This document shows positions 1-9,984 of a stretch of 52,398 nt of DNA, piece after piece. The translations under genes and the position numbers were made by a program. The stretch is from assembly GCA_020351745.1 (NCBI GenBank), contig CP070665.1, positions 910,345-962,742 of the forward strand. The letters are read 5' to 3'. The stretch's first letter is position 1. Each line of letters begins with the position of its first letter. Under the pieces are notes generated by a model. That model was not told the DNA's origin. It searched no databases and saw nothing but the letters and a program-made list of their open reading frames with translations. This DNA is from Candidatus Heimdallarchaeota archaeon. GTDB lineage: Archaea > Asgardarchaeota > Heimdallarchaeia > Hodarchaeales > Hodarchaeaceae.

Positions 1-476
1 TGGGGTATGGTAGCTCCACAAGAAGGGCATTTACGACGGTTGTCAAAGAAACTACTGCTTGAACTAAAGAATTTCTCCTTTTCTTTTTCCTCATCTGATT
101 GAAAGGAGGAGGGATTAAAAGGTGAGAAGGATGATGGGGTTGAATCTTCAGGTATAGATGATGTAAATGAACTTTCTGATGGAGAAAAACCAACATCGGT
201 ATGAGAGAGGTTTAAACGGGTTGAAAGGTCGTTAAGACGGCTCGTTATTTGAGACATGTAAGGAATGAATGGGCAATTTATGACTCCATTTTCTTCTAAG
301 GTAGTATGAGAAGATATCGACTGAGGTGGAAAAAGCTTGAATCCTATTTTCAGTCCTTCAGAACTCTCTGTTATTGCAATTCCTTGTTCTAACAACCCCC
401 GAATGACTTCTTTGGCCGAATATACCCGCCCTTTAATGATAATTTGGCCTGAAATCTGATCAAAAGGATTATTCAT
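1..476 (-). CDS. hypothetical protein, N-terminal part only (runs off the left edge)
   Basis: Not in the ORF track because there is no stop inside the window. My translation of the minus strand from ATG 476..474 is open all the way to position 1: MNNPFDQISGQIIIKGRVYSAKEVIRGLLEQGIAITESSEGLKIGFKLF...FFDNRRKCPSCGATIP. The middle is Ser/Pro-rich and a CPSCG motif sits at the edge. No family recognised. Confidence 0.4.
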   Translation of the reverse strand, partial: MNNPFDQISGQIIIKGRVYSAKEVIRGLLEQGIAITESSEGLKIGFKLFPPQSISSHTTLEENGVINCPFIPYMSQITSRLNDLSTRLNLSHTDVGFSPSESSFTSSIPEDSTPSSFSPFNPSSFQSDEEKEKEKFFSSSSSFFDNRRKCPSCGATIP

Positions 477-795
477 ACTAAAGAGTCCTCGAACTTAAAG
501 TGTAATCATTGAATTAGAGAATACATAACATTAAGGTAATATCACATAGATTCTTCACAATGTAAAATTCTTCCAGCACTGAATCTATTGTGATCTGTAG
601 ATTAATCATATAAAAATATCTAAAAATGAATTAATTGAGAAGAGATCATTAGAACTTCTAATTGAATTCATTAATAATTAAAACATGATGCAATTTTTCG
701 ACATATTTTTAGGAGGTTTTTTAAATACATAAGCTGATGTGCTAATAGTAACAAAATGAATAAATTATGATCATATAGAATTTAGAGGTGAAAGA

Positions 796-1038
796 ATGCC
801 CGCTGCTTTTGTTTTAGTTAATGCTGAGATCGGATCAGAAGATGAAGTCCTTGAGGACTTGAAGTCCACGAAAGGTGTGGTTGGTGCATGGATCGTGTAT
901 GGCGTTTATGATATTGTAGCCAAAGTTGAAGCCGATACAATGGACGAGCTGAAAGAGATCATTACAACAAACATTCGCGGACTAGATAATGTCCGTTCAA
1001 CTCTGACCATGATCGTGGTTGAAGGGGCCAACGAATAA
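796..1038 (+). CDS. stand-alone Lrp/AsnC-type ligand-binding (RAM) domain protein
   Basis: 80 aa. AFVLVNAE...VYGVYDIVAKVEADTMDELKEIITTNIRGLDNVRSTLTMIV follows the beta-alpha-beta-beta-alpha-beta pattern of small AsnC-family RAM-domain proteins. A GAGGTGA RBS-like motif lies just upstream of the ATG. Confidence 0.7.
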   Translation: MPAAFVLVNAEIGSEDEVLEDLKSTKGVVGAWIVYGVYDIVAKVEADTMDELKEIITTNIRGLDNVRSTLTMIVVEGANE

Positions 1039-1185
1039 AATTTATCATTCTTCTTGACTGGGTCTTAATGACGGCGTTAGAACCACAGAGTCCAGTCTTT
1101 TACTTTTTTATAATTTTAATTTTAGCGGCCTAACAGTCTACCACATTATCATCGTTTTTTGCATAAAAAGACAGTGGATTTCTCT

Positions 1186-1890
1186 ATGAAACAAATTATA
1201 CATGGAATAACTTGGATGCTTGGTCAAGGCTTAGACTGCAACGTTTACATTATTGAGTCTAAAGGAAAATCCCTGATGATTGATTCTGGATTAGGAGCGA
1301 GAATGACATTCGGCTTTGGAGACCAAAAAAGTAGCATTAAAATATTGGAAAATGCGATTATCAATAGGAAAATTAATCAAATTTTCTTGACGCATGGTCA
1401 CATTGATCATGTCGGAGGTATCATGGCGCTCCAATCAAAACTTGATCTAGATGTGATAACTTCAGAAATAGAAGCCCAACACTTGAAATCTGGAGATAGC
1501 TCTTATATCGAACCATTTATGGCTTCAAAATGTTCTCCCATTGATATATCTCAAGAAGTTTTTGAAGGAGATGTCTTGCACGTAGGTAATTTCTCTTTCA
1601 GAGTGTTACACACCCCTGGCCATACCCATGGATCGATTTCTTTATGGGATGAGAAAAATCAAATCTTGATTAGTGGGGATACTGTTTTTCCACAGGGATC
1701 TTTTGGCCGAACTGATTTACACACAGGAAATAGTAAAGATTTAGTGGAATCACTAAGACGCTTATCAGAATTAGATATTAATGTTCTTCTTCCTGGACAT
1801 ATGCCTCCAGTTATTTCTACCTCTGGATCTCCTCTTAATTCAGTTAAGCAGTCATTCCAAAACGCTCGAATGATGCTGACGCACTATTGA
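1186..1890 (+). CDS. MBL-fold metallo-hydrolase
   Basis: Has the HxHxDH motif (LTHGHIDHVGG), a later HTPGHTHGS and a GDT motif. The track ORF begins at TTG 1159. I prefer ATG 1186 (MKQIIHGITW), but the start is uncertain. Confidence 0.8.
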   Translation: MKQIIHGITWMLGQGLDCNVYIIESKGKSLMIDSGLGARMTFGFGDQKSSIKILENAIINRKINQIFLTHGHIDHVGGIMALQSKLDLDVITSEIEAQHLKSGDSSYIEPFMASKCSPIDISQEVFEGDVLHVGNFSFRVLHTPGHTHGSISLWDEKNQILISGDTVFPQGSFGRTDLHTGNSKDLVESLRRLSELDINVLLPGHMPPVISTSGSPLNSVKQSFQNARMMLTHY

Positions 1891-2373
1891 GATAATTTGA
1901 TCGCACGTTACATCAACTGAATATTTGTCATTATAAATCTCAATGATGTTTTGATCCGAAAAAAATTCAATAGCCTCATAATATACGATATTCATGATTT
2001 CGGCTTCAATATTTGCCTCGATTTTATCTTCTGGATAATTTCGAGAAATTAATCGTTGTCTAAGGACGTCAACATGACAACGCAGAACGATAATAAGATC
2101 AAAAACGTTTTTAAGCGGGATTATACCACCCACTAAGCAAATCCGCCTTTTTTTGGTTATCATCGTTTCTAAATAAGGAGTAATCAGATCATCATCAATA
2201 ATTACTGAATCTCGATTAATATCATAACCAAGATAGAATCCTTTCTCAAGAACTAAGGTATTTAAATCTAAATATTCAAGTGACAATAGTTTTGTAAGCT
2301 TCTTGGCCACACTAGTCTTTCCTGTTCCTGTTACTCCAGTAATGTATAAGCGAAATGGAGAATGAGGACTCAT
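1852..2373 (-). CDS. P-loop NTPase, adenylate-kinase-like (Fap7/AK6-like)
   Basis: 173 aa with an N-terminal Walker A (ITGVTGTGKTSVAKKL). Size and layout resemble archaeal Fap7/AK6-type kinases. Its 3' end overlaps the convergent MBL gene by 39 nt. Confidence 0.55.
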   Translation of the reverse strand: MSPHSPFRLYITGVTGTGKTSVAKKLTKLLSLEYLDLNTLVLEKGFYLGYDINRDSVIIDDDLITPYLETMITKKRRICLVGGIIPLKNVFDLIIVLRCHVDVLRQRLISRNYPEDKIEANIEAEIMNIVYYEAIEFFSDQNIIEIYNDKYSVDVTCDQIISIVRQHHSSVLE

Positions 2374-2470
2374 AAGATCGACCTAGAAAGGAATGATATT
2401 TTCTTTATCTTTAAAACTTATTCTTTATCTAAAGAATTTTGGATTGTAATAAACTATTTGGGTTTTTATT

Positions 2471-4951
2471 GTGGGCGCAACCATTTCAATTTTAGCTGAA
2501 AAACCTTCTATTGCCCGAGCTCTAGTTAGAGCTTTTTCTATTGTCTATAAACTCAAATTTAAAAGTCGAAAAGGCAAAACAAGATACAATTACATCTTTG
2601 AAAGCTCTATCGATAACCAAAACATTAGTTTTAGAATTGAAAAGGATGAATACCGTCTTCGGAAAGAAGATCGTCTTATCATCTCAAGTGTTACTGGACA
2701 TATCCTCAATTATGATTATCTTCCTCCGTTTGACAAAGATACAAATTGGCATAATTCAGACCCCTTAGACTTGATAGAACTAGAACCAATAGAGGTACCG
2801 ATTCGAGCGAATATGCTATTACATGTTGAGGAAATAGGAAAAGAATCTGACGTTGTTGTTATTGCCACTGATTGGGATGGCCATGGTGAGTCGATAGGAC
2901 GTCAAATCCTTGAAATAGCTACGCGTTCTAATAAAAAAATACATCATGGTCGAATGCATTTTACTAGTACGAATCCTATCAGTTTAATGAAAGCATTTGA
3001 GCTTCAGACAGATTTAAACTGGGATTGGATTAAACAAGTGGATTCTCTTAGAAAACAGGATTTACGAATGGGTTCCTCAATAACTCGCTTTTTAACAGTC
3101 GGAATCCAAAATCGCGGCATTCAAAATAGGATAATTTCATATGGTCCTTGCCAGACAAGTGTTCTATGGTTAATAACAAATAGATTTCTAGAAAACAGGA
3201 GTTTTTCTCCTGAAAAATTTTGGAAGGTCTCTGTTAAGATATCTACATCAGAAGGGCCTTTATTTCTCAATTGGAAAGGAAACCCTGTAACTGATGAGAA
3301 AATTGTCGAGGATCTGATATCAGAACTAGGAAATGCCAGGGAAGGAACTATTACTGATTATAACGAGGAACAGGGGATTATCAAACGCCCTCTACCATTA
3401 GATACTGATACTCTCGAAGCAGAATGTTCTCAGTTCTTTAGAATTAGTCCAAAACAAATTGCTGATATTGCTGAGAGATTATACAACAATGGCTTGATAA
3501 CATACCCTCGAACAGAGAGTTCCTTCTATCTTGAAAAGGATCTGACAAAATTAGCACAGAAGTTTACCTCTCATGATGATTTTGGTCTCGTAGCAGAAGA
3601 GTGTATCAAACGGGGAGGTGTCCAAAATCCCAGTAAGGGGAGATTTACAAAAGATCATGAACCAATAAAACCAGTAAAAGCGGTAAACCGATCTGAAATT
3701 GAAAAAATCTTTAAAAAATCGCCTGCAATGATCAATCATGCTTGGAATATCTATTCTTATGTTGTATGGAGATTTTTAGCTACTATTCATTCTGAAGCTA
3801 CGGTCGTGAATCAATATATTATTCTTACTGCTGCATCAGAAGAATTTATTGTTAAAGGACGAAGGATTGTTAATCTCGGTTATTTAAAATTCTATAAATT
3901 TAAGAAAATTAAGGGAAAGGAATTACCACGGTTAGAAAAAGGGAGAAAGCAAGTAATCGAAGCTTTTAAACATCAAGGATTCACAACACCTCCCTCATTA
4001 TGGAGTGAATCTCAATTAATCCGTGAAATGGCTAAATTAAACCTTGGAACTGATGCCACGAGAGCATCGCACATTGATACTGTTCAAAAAAGGATGTATA
4101 CAATAAATCAAGGGCCACGAAGGATTTTGGTTCCAACTTCTCTGGGTATGGCTTTATATCAAGTCTTAACACAGAATGCGAAAGATCTCATTATTCCAGA
4201 AATACGAGGAAAAGTCGAATCTTGGACACAACAAATTCGAGACCACGAAAAAACTCCTGAAGATATTGATAATCTTGTTATTGAATTGACAACTCGTGGT
4301 TTACAAAGAATGAAAGCAAATCAAGAGGAGATTTTCTCAACTTTAGTTCAGAGTATAGAATCAATGACTGGAATTGGTAAAGTTTTAGGTGTCTGTTCAG
4401 AATGTCAAGGAAACCTTGTTCTTCATCAAGGAAAAGGAGATTCTCGATTTTTAAAATGCTCCAATCCTCTTTGCAAGACGAGTTTTCCTCTCCCAAAAAA
4501 AGGGGATTTATCAATAGTAGAAAATGAGAATTGTCGCATTTGTAATGGAACTCCATTATTAGTCTCCAGTAAATCTTATAGTTGGGTCATGTGCCCTATA
4601 TGCTGGACAAGAGAAGCTATAAACGATCGGCCATGGTTTTGCACTGACTGTAATCGAACTGATTGTCCCTTTTCGGGGTCTTGGGAAGTCCCCTCTCCTG
4701 AACAATATCTGGGTAATTGTCCTGACTGTGGGGGAGATGTTCTAATAAAATTTGATCAACAGATTACCCAAGTGATTTGCAACAAATGTAATCGAACTTG
4801 GAAAGCCCCGAATCTTCGTAAAGGAACATCAATCACCCTTAGTGATCCCTGTGAGAAATGTGGACATCAAACATTATATGTTATTAAACGAGGGAAAAAA
4901 CCATACAGGTTATGCGTATTCTGCTCCCTGTTTTTTTTCCAAGATAAGTGA
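2471..4951 (+). CDS. topA: DNA topoisomerase, type IA, with C-terminal zinc-ribbon repeats
   Basis: Has the N-terminal EKPS motif (ILAEKPSIARAL), a Toprim DxDxxG-like segment (VIATDWDGHGESIGRQI), the active-site Tyr context (GLITYPRTES), and at least four CxxC...CxxC zinc ribbons in the last ~200 aa. The start is GTG. Confidence 0.85.
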   Translation: MGATISILAEKPSIARALVRAFSIVYKLKFKSRKGKTRYNYIFESSIDNQNISFRIEKDEYRLRKEDRLIISSVTGHILNYDYLPPFDKDTNWHNSDPLDLIELEPIEVPIRANMLLHVEEIGKESDVVVIATDWDGHGESIGRQILEIATRSNKKIHHGRMHFTSTNPISLMKAFELQTDLNWDWIKQVDSLRKQDLRMGSSITRFLTVGIQNRGIQNRIISYGPCQTSVLWLITNRFLENRSFSPEKFWKVSVKISTSEGPLFLNWKGNPVTDEKIVEDLISELGNAREGTITDYNEEQGIIKRPLPLDTDTLEAECSQFFRISPKQIADIAERLYNNGLITYPRTESSFYLEKDLTKLAQKFTSHDDFGLVAEECIKRGGVQNPSKGRFTKDHEPIKPVKAVNRSEIEKIFKKSPAMINHAWNIYSYVVWRFLATIHSEATVVNQYIILTAASEEFIVKGRRIVNLGYLKFYKFKKIKGKELPRLEKGRKQVIEAFKHQGFTTPPSLWSESQLIREMAKLNLGTDATRASHIDTVQKRMYTINQGPRRILVPTSLGMALYQVLTQNAKDLIIPEIRGKVESWTQQIRDHEKTPEDIDNLVIELTTRGLQRMKANQEEIFSTLVQSIESMTGIGKVLGVCSECQGNLVLHQGKGDSRFLKCSNPLCKTSFPLPKKGDLSIVENENCRICNGTPLLVSSKSYSWVMCPICWTREAINDRPWFCTDCNRTDCPFSGSWEVPSPEQYLGNCPDCGGDVLIKFDQQITQVICNKCNRTWKAPNLRKGTSITLSDPCEKCGHQTLYVIKRGKKPYRLCVFCSLFFFQDK

Positions 4952-5015
4952 ATTTCGTTATTTTCAGGATTTTTAGAATGGCAAAATATTAATTGAGTTA
5001 TTTAAGGTATTTCAG

Positions 5016-5421
5016 CTCTAGGTTATTTAAACTGATATAAGATATAGCAATTCTATTCATAAGAGGTCATTAACTAGCTCGTTGCCGCCATTAGTCTCCA
5101 TTCTGTAGCCTGTAACCCGACAGCCTCTATCCTATCAGCTGTAAAAGCCTTTGGGAGTAATTTTTTTCAGGATATTGTATGCCATTGCACTTATTCCCTT
5201 ATTTGACTGAGTAATCCCTGATACCGTCAATTAAAGATCTTTTATTGGGGGTTTGCAATCAAACTGGTTTCCCACTATTTCCCTCTTCTCTTACCTCTTT
5301 ACCCCTATTTTCTCTCCTAAAAACTTCTCTGCTCTTGTTCGTTCATCTCTTGGGTTCTTCCCACTTTGAACCTTGTGATTTACTCATCTGATTTCATTTT
5401 TTTTCAATTTTATTGCTTCAA
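5016..5421 (+). repeat. non-coding element, copy A of a diverged inverted pair (partner 40738-41142)
   Basis: Aligning this stretch by eye with the reverse complement of 40738-41142 gives long identical blocks: aactagctcgttg, ctgtaacccgacagc (5110-5124), atcagctgtaaaagc (5134-5148), tcaggatattgta and tttccctcttctcttac. There are substitutions and indels between the blocks. No ORF of 60 aa or more lies here. The 3' half is CT-rich. Confidence 0.8.
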
Positions 5422-5444
5422 ACAACTTTAGCTTCTGGAGAATC

Positions 5445-5500
5445 AATGATATAAAATACTATAATTTATAAGTTTCAAGAATAAAATGATATAAAATACT
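5445..5500 (+). promoter_or_regulatory. perfect 16-nt direct repeat (aatgatataaaatact x2, 40-nt period) with a TATA-like core, upstream of the 5567 CDS
   Basis: The identical 16-mers sit at 5445-5460 and 5485-5500, that is 67-122 nt upstream of the ATG at 5567. They contain tataaaata, which resembles an archaeal TATA box. The promoter role is an inference. Confidence 0.45.
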
Positions 5501-5566
5501 TTAATTAATTCTTATGATAACCACCAACAACTTACTGAGACGTTGAGACTCTTTTTGGTGAAATAA

Positions 5567-7999
5567 ATGAGTACAGAACAGCTAGGAAAGGATCCTGCGC
5601 CTTCAGCGATTCGTTACCTTGTATTGGCTAGCGCTTTTACTTGCTTTATAACGGCTATATCTTTCGTCCAAGCTCAATTTGGCACAAGTACTCAAGAGGA
5701 GCTATTTTATCAACAAGCAATTGGTGGTTTCACTTTGATTTCTGTTTTCACAATGGTAGAATGGTTTCTTTTAGGACGTTCCCGTAAAATGGTTGGCCCT
5801 TATGGTTTTGCACTCGTATTTGAGATTTTTAAAACTATATTACTCAATTTTGCGACAATAGAGTTCATGGAAACTATCTCAGGGGCTTCTTCGCCATTTT
5901 TCCTACACCAAATGATCTCATTAGCTATCATCTTCATGCTTGCATTAACTAAAGTTGCTCGTACTAGAATTGACCAACTTGCGCAGAAGGATATCAGTAG
6001 GAACCTATTAAATCTATTACCAACACTTCTAATTATTGCGTTATTCATGGGAACTTATATCACAGAAATTGTGGGATTAGGAACACCTAGACAAAGTACT
6101 CGTTTTGAGGATTATAAGGATAAGAACATCAATTGGGAATTATATAATACTCCAACTTGGGATGCTACCTATCTTCTTGAGAATCTTCTTGACCAATTCA
6201 CCGCAGGATTACTGAATCCATATGCTGCTCTATTCAACGTCTCAAGTGATCAATCTGATGAAACTTATCCACCAGCTTATTGGAGGATAGGCAGTCTCGA
6301 AACTTATGAGCGGCATGGTACTACTAGTGGGACTGATGTGATCGGATGGTGGCGTTATGATCCATTAGGTTATCGATCGTTATCTCCTTATGAAACAGGT
6401 ACACCTTACTCTCAGGAAATTGCTGAATCGGAACGAACAGCTCGATTCACGGTTCAAGTTCCCTTAGATTACAGTACTGAGTTGGTAGATGTCTCGGTAC
6501 ACAATTCATTTCCTAATTGTCTCCCTACAACTTGGAATGGTGAATCTGGTTCATTTGTCGATGCTAATTCCTTTAGGTTATATGATGCAAGTGATAACCC
6601 TTTGACATTAGACTCATTTGAATCACAGGAGATTTATCCTGGTGATTATAGCCCTTCATTCAATGATCTATTAGGAATCTATGCTGATGTTACGATAGAT
6701 GATGATACATCGAGTGAAGAGGGAATATTCGAATACACTATGGATTATCAGAATTTTAGTAAAATTATTACTGATGCTGCACTGTTTTCAAAAACTAAAG
6801 ATGATTATGAAGATATTTTATCCCCAACGGATTGGGCTAATATTCAGGATATTTACTTACAATACCCCAATACACCATCAGAACTGCCAACCAGCGGATA
6901 TGTTCATACTGGTGGAGGTGTACCCATCCAAGATTATGAAGACTGGGCACCATTTGTTGTGGGTAATGCTTCTGAATGCACTAGTGAAAATCAGACTGTG
7001 TTTTCTCAAGCACTTGCAGAAATGCAGCGATTATCTCCTGAATATTACATAAACACAGACCCTCGAGTGACTGCGGCAATAGGTCTTCCGTCAAGCCCAA
7101 CCCCCATATCTGTTGTCAATTCAACTGGAAGACTTGGACTTGGGTTTGATTTTGACATGTGGTTAGGAAACCAAGACCCACTTAATCAAGGTATACCTAT
7201 GGCACATCCAGAAGATAATGAAGACTACAATGAATGGTTCCTTTTTAATGGGAATGGCGTTTCACTTCATTTTGCTTCGCTTTTCGTTACTTTGATGCGG
7301 ATACGGGGAATTCCAAGTCGTATAGTTGTGGGATATTTGGGAGGAGAAGCTTCAGATGATGGCTCGAAGCGAGTAATCACAAACATGATGCTTCACGCGT
7401 GGGCTGAAGTCCTTATTCCCATAGAAGAGGTACTTACCGTTCCGCCTTTTTTTGATCCGCGAGTGCAATGGGTCAGTTTTGATCCTCTCGTCAATTTCTT
7501 ATCAGATGTACTTCCTATTGGTACTCCTATAGACATTCCTGCTTTATCTACAGTAGCTAATACTGTCTTGATTGATCCGAATTGGCCTCACCAAGATTTT
7601 GGGCCTGTACAATCATCAGCTGTTATAGGTTTGGCTGCATCGGACGATCTTGATAGAAAATTGAATTTTCAGCAATCCCTTAATGTTTCTGTTCGTCTTA
7701 TGATGATCACTGATCCGATTAACCCCATTGGGGTTGGAACTTGGACAACCTGGCAGCCAAGCTGTGACTATCTTGATCAAGAGGTTTCTTTTTATTTAGA
7801 TACATCCCCTACTTTGACTTCTGCGAATGTATCGATGGGAGCCTCTTCAATTAATGCTTCGGGTATTGCCAGTGTTAGTTTTGATTATGATGTTTTTGAG
7901 CACGGTGATACTGTTTGGTTTTTCGCTGTAGTTATTTTTGATGAAGGTACTGCTCACGAACTTGTAAAAACTGCCAGGACTCTTTCACATAGTGTATAA
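5567..7999 (+). CDS. membrane-anchored transglutaminase-like protein (Ser in place of the expected Cys)
   Basis: 810 aa. The N-terminal ~170 aa are hydrophobic (about 5 TM segments). The core region NGNGVSLHFASLFVTLMRIRGIPSRIVVGYLGG...HAWAEV...FDP matches the transglutaminase-like G-x-C-x-x-F-A...R-x-x-G-I-P-x-R...H-A-W pattern, but with Ser where Cys is expected. Confidence 0.7.
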   Translation: MSTEQLGKDPAPSAIRYLVLASAFTCFITAISFVQAQFGTSTQEELFYQQAIGGFTLISVFTMVEWFLLGRSRKMVGPYGFALVFEIFKTILLNFATIEFMETISGASSPFFLHQMISLAIIFMLALTKVARTRIDQLAQKDISRNLLNLLPTLLIIALFMGTYITEIVGLGTPRQSTRFEDYKDKNINWELYNTPTWDATYLLENLLDQFTAGLLNPYAALFNVSSDQSDETYPPAYWRIGSLETYERHGTTSGTDVIGWWRYDPLGYRSLSPYETGTPYSQEIAESERTARFTVQVPLDYSTELVDVSVHNSFPNCLPTTWNGESGSFVDANSFRLYDASDNPLTLDSFESQEIYPGDYSPSFNDLLGIYADVTIDDDTSSEEGIFEYTMDYQNFSKIITDAALFSKTKDDYEDILSPTDWANIQDIYLQYPNTPSELPTSGYVHTGGGVPIQDYEDWAPFVVGNASECTSENQTVFSQALAEMQRLSPEYYINTDPRVTAAIGLPSSPTPISVVNSTGRLGLGFDFDMWLGNQDPLNQGIPMAHPEDNEDYNEWFLFNGNGVSLHFASLFVTLMRIRGIPSRIVVGYLGGEASDDGSKRVITNMMLHAWAEVLIPIEEVLTVPPFFDPRVQWVSFDPLVNFLSDVLPIGTPIDIPALSTVANTVLIDPNWPHQDFGPVQSSAVIGLAASDDLDRKLNFQQSLNVSVRLMMITDPINPIGVGTWTTWQPSCDYLDQEVSFYLDTSPTLTSANVSMGASSINASGIASVSFDYDVFEHGDTVWFFAVVIFDEGTAHELVKTARTLSHSV

Positions 8000-8335
8000 A
8001 TGAGATATTCCAAGTTTGAAGTCTTAATCTCGTTAAAAATCTATATTTCAGTAAGGATTCCAAGGTATTAACCCTCCTAGATGTATTTTTGGGGAAGAAA
8101 TTAATTTGTCAGTTAAGGTTATGGGTTTTCTTTTTAGAAGCCCTCTTTTTCCTCCTTTATTCTTCTATTCTATTAAGTGAAATAATAATGTATTCCCAAA
8201 ATTTGATCAAAAGAGAAATAAATAATTATAAAAACGAAGCCCATATATCTTTTTCACTAGATAATCCTCAATTCCTCACTGTTCAAGTAGGAATGCGGTT
8301 AAAAAAGAATAGTAGTACTGGAGAATGAATGAAAA

Positions 8336-8692
8336 ATGTCAAAAGACAAGATTTATGGATATGGGATCTTTTTTCTAACAATTATTTTCTTAATTCTGTA
8401 CGTATTATATGTGCCTGTCCAACAATATTTTGGAAGTATGATAGGTACCACAAAAGGGCCTCTATATGATTTAATTAACTCTGCTGATGGGACTCTGAAT
8501 CCTCTACACATTACAGTGATAGATGGTTTACTTTGGCCGGTTTTTCTTGCAACTTTAATGATTGGGTTCATAATCGCCTGGATTGGTATCACGATGGCCA
8601 CCACACCTCCTCCAGAACCTATTGATCTCGATGATCTTAATCTTGATGAGGAGGAGTTTGAAGAAGAGGAAGAGGAAGAAGAAAAGGATTAA
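8336..8692 (+). CDS. small membrane protein with an acidic C-terminal tail
   Basis: 118 aa with two hydrophobic segments, ending in DLDDLNLDEEEFEEEEEEEEKD. No family recognised. Confidence 0.5.
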   Translation: MSKDKIYGYGIFFLTIIFLILYVLYVPVQQYFGSMIGTTKGPLYDLINSADGTLNPLHITVIDGLLWPVFLATLMIGFIIAWIGITMATTPPPEPIDLDDLNLDEEEFEEEEEEEEKD

Positions 8693-8875
8693 TGATTGAG
8701 AGTACAACTCCAAACCGCTTTTTTCTCTTTTTTCCTGCTGTTTCTTATCAGGAGATTGAGATTTTCTAAATGAATTTTTTACATTATACATTCTGAATTA
8801 AATAAGCCATCTATCGGTCTTAATTGGATCTTGTACTATTTCTAATAAATGAAATCGTTTGTACTTACTTTTTGA

Positions 8876-9931
8876 TTACCATTTAGGATCTGGGATTCCT
8901 AACATATTATCAAGTAAGTTAGGAAAATAGATTGCAATGAAAAAAAGAAGAACTATTGTTGCTCCTATTAATAAAAGCTGTTTATCAAAGAACAACCGTT
9001 CAGCTCTACGGCCTATAATACTATTACTAGATACTAGATATAGATACCGGAAAATTGCGAATGTAAACAAAGGAAGCGCGAGTACTATGAATACTGTTTC
9101 GTACGGATGACGATCTACTAAATAGATGAAAACAGCTAAGAGTTCAATTGCAGAAACAGTTGTCAAACTCTGATCTAAAAGTTCTGGGGTATACATATCA
9201 AAGACTTGTTTATGTAAACTTGCTTTTTCTTCTAATACTACTAGGTCACCCTTGCGTTTGGCTAATGAAAGCATCATTGCTGTTATAAAACAAAGAATAA
9301 TAAGCCAAGGAGAGACAGATACAGCAATAAGCACAGCACCTGCGATTGCTCGCCAAACATAGTTGACAGAAATCATAATTGTGTCCGCAAAAACAATTCG
9401 TTTTAATAACAGAGAATAAACTTGGCTAGTAATAAAAAAACCTCCTAAAACCAAAATATAAGCTGTTTTTGAGGGAATTGAAACACTAGCATGCTCTATT
9501 TCACTTTCTTGACTTATTGGGTAAAATGAGATTTCTTCTAGGTTGAATTGGTGCAAAGGTGAAGGGGGGAGAATAATTAAAATTATTATTATGAGAACAC
9601 CCAAGAGAAGAGCGACTAATAAACCTAAATTGGTAGAAACCTTTCCAGAAGGAAAAGGGCGATTATGCTTTTCAGGATGATGACGATCTCGTTCTCGATC
9701 CCGAAAATCATTTATTAGATAGTTTAAGGAGGAAGTAAGACAAAGCGCGATAAAAGCCAGAATTATTGGTAACCAAAGATCAATTCTAAATAGATTTCTA
9801 GAGAAGAAAAGACCAAAGAAGACAAGAAAATTCTTATAATATTGATGTGGCCTTAAAAGAACAATTATTGCATGTATTCGGTCATTTAAAGTAATTTTAG
9901 GATGTTCTCGTGTTGTAAGCTTTGGTGACAT
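8876..9931 (-). CDS. UbiA-family prenyltransferase (motif resembles the phosphoribosyl/prenyl-transferase subgroup)
   Basis: Polytopic membrane protein. The first Asp-rich motif is NYLINDFRDRERDRHHPEKHNRPFPSG (NxxxDxxxD followed by HPxKxxRP). Confidence 0.75.
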   Translation of the reverse strand: MSPKLTTREHPKITLNDRIHAIIVLLRPHQYYKNFLVFFGLFFSRNLFRIDLWLPIILAFIALCLTSSLNYLINDFRDRERDRHHPEKHNRPFPSGKVSTNLGLLVALLLGVLIIIILIILPPSPLHQFNLEEISFYPISQESEIEHASVSIPSKTAYILVLGGFFITSQVYSLLLKRIVFADTIMISVNYVWRAIAGAVLIAVSVSPWLIILCFITAMMLSLAKRKGDLVVLEEKASLHKQVFDMYTPELLDQSLTTVSAIELLAVFIYLVDRHPYETVFIVLALPLFTFAIFRYLYLVSSNSIIGRRAERLFFDKQLLLIGATIVLLFFIAIYFPNLLDNMLGIPDPKW

Positions 9932-9984
9932 TGCCTCATCAGCTCGTATGTCTGAATGAATATTTTTACTACCTTGATTCTCTT

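Noticed and set aside
8089-8328. 79-aa ORF between the transglutaminase-like gene and the small membrane protein
   Set aside because: Non-ATG start and low-complexity, AT-driven composition with nothing recognisable. It could be real, but I cannot support it.
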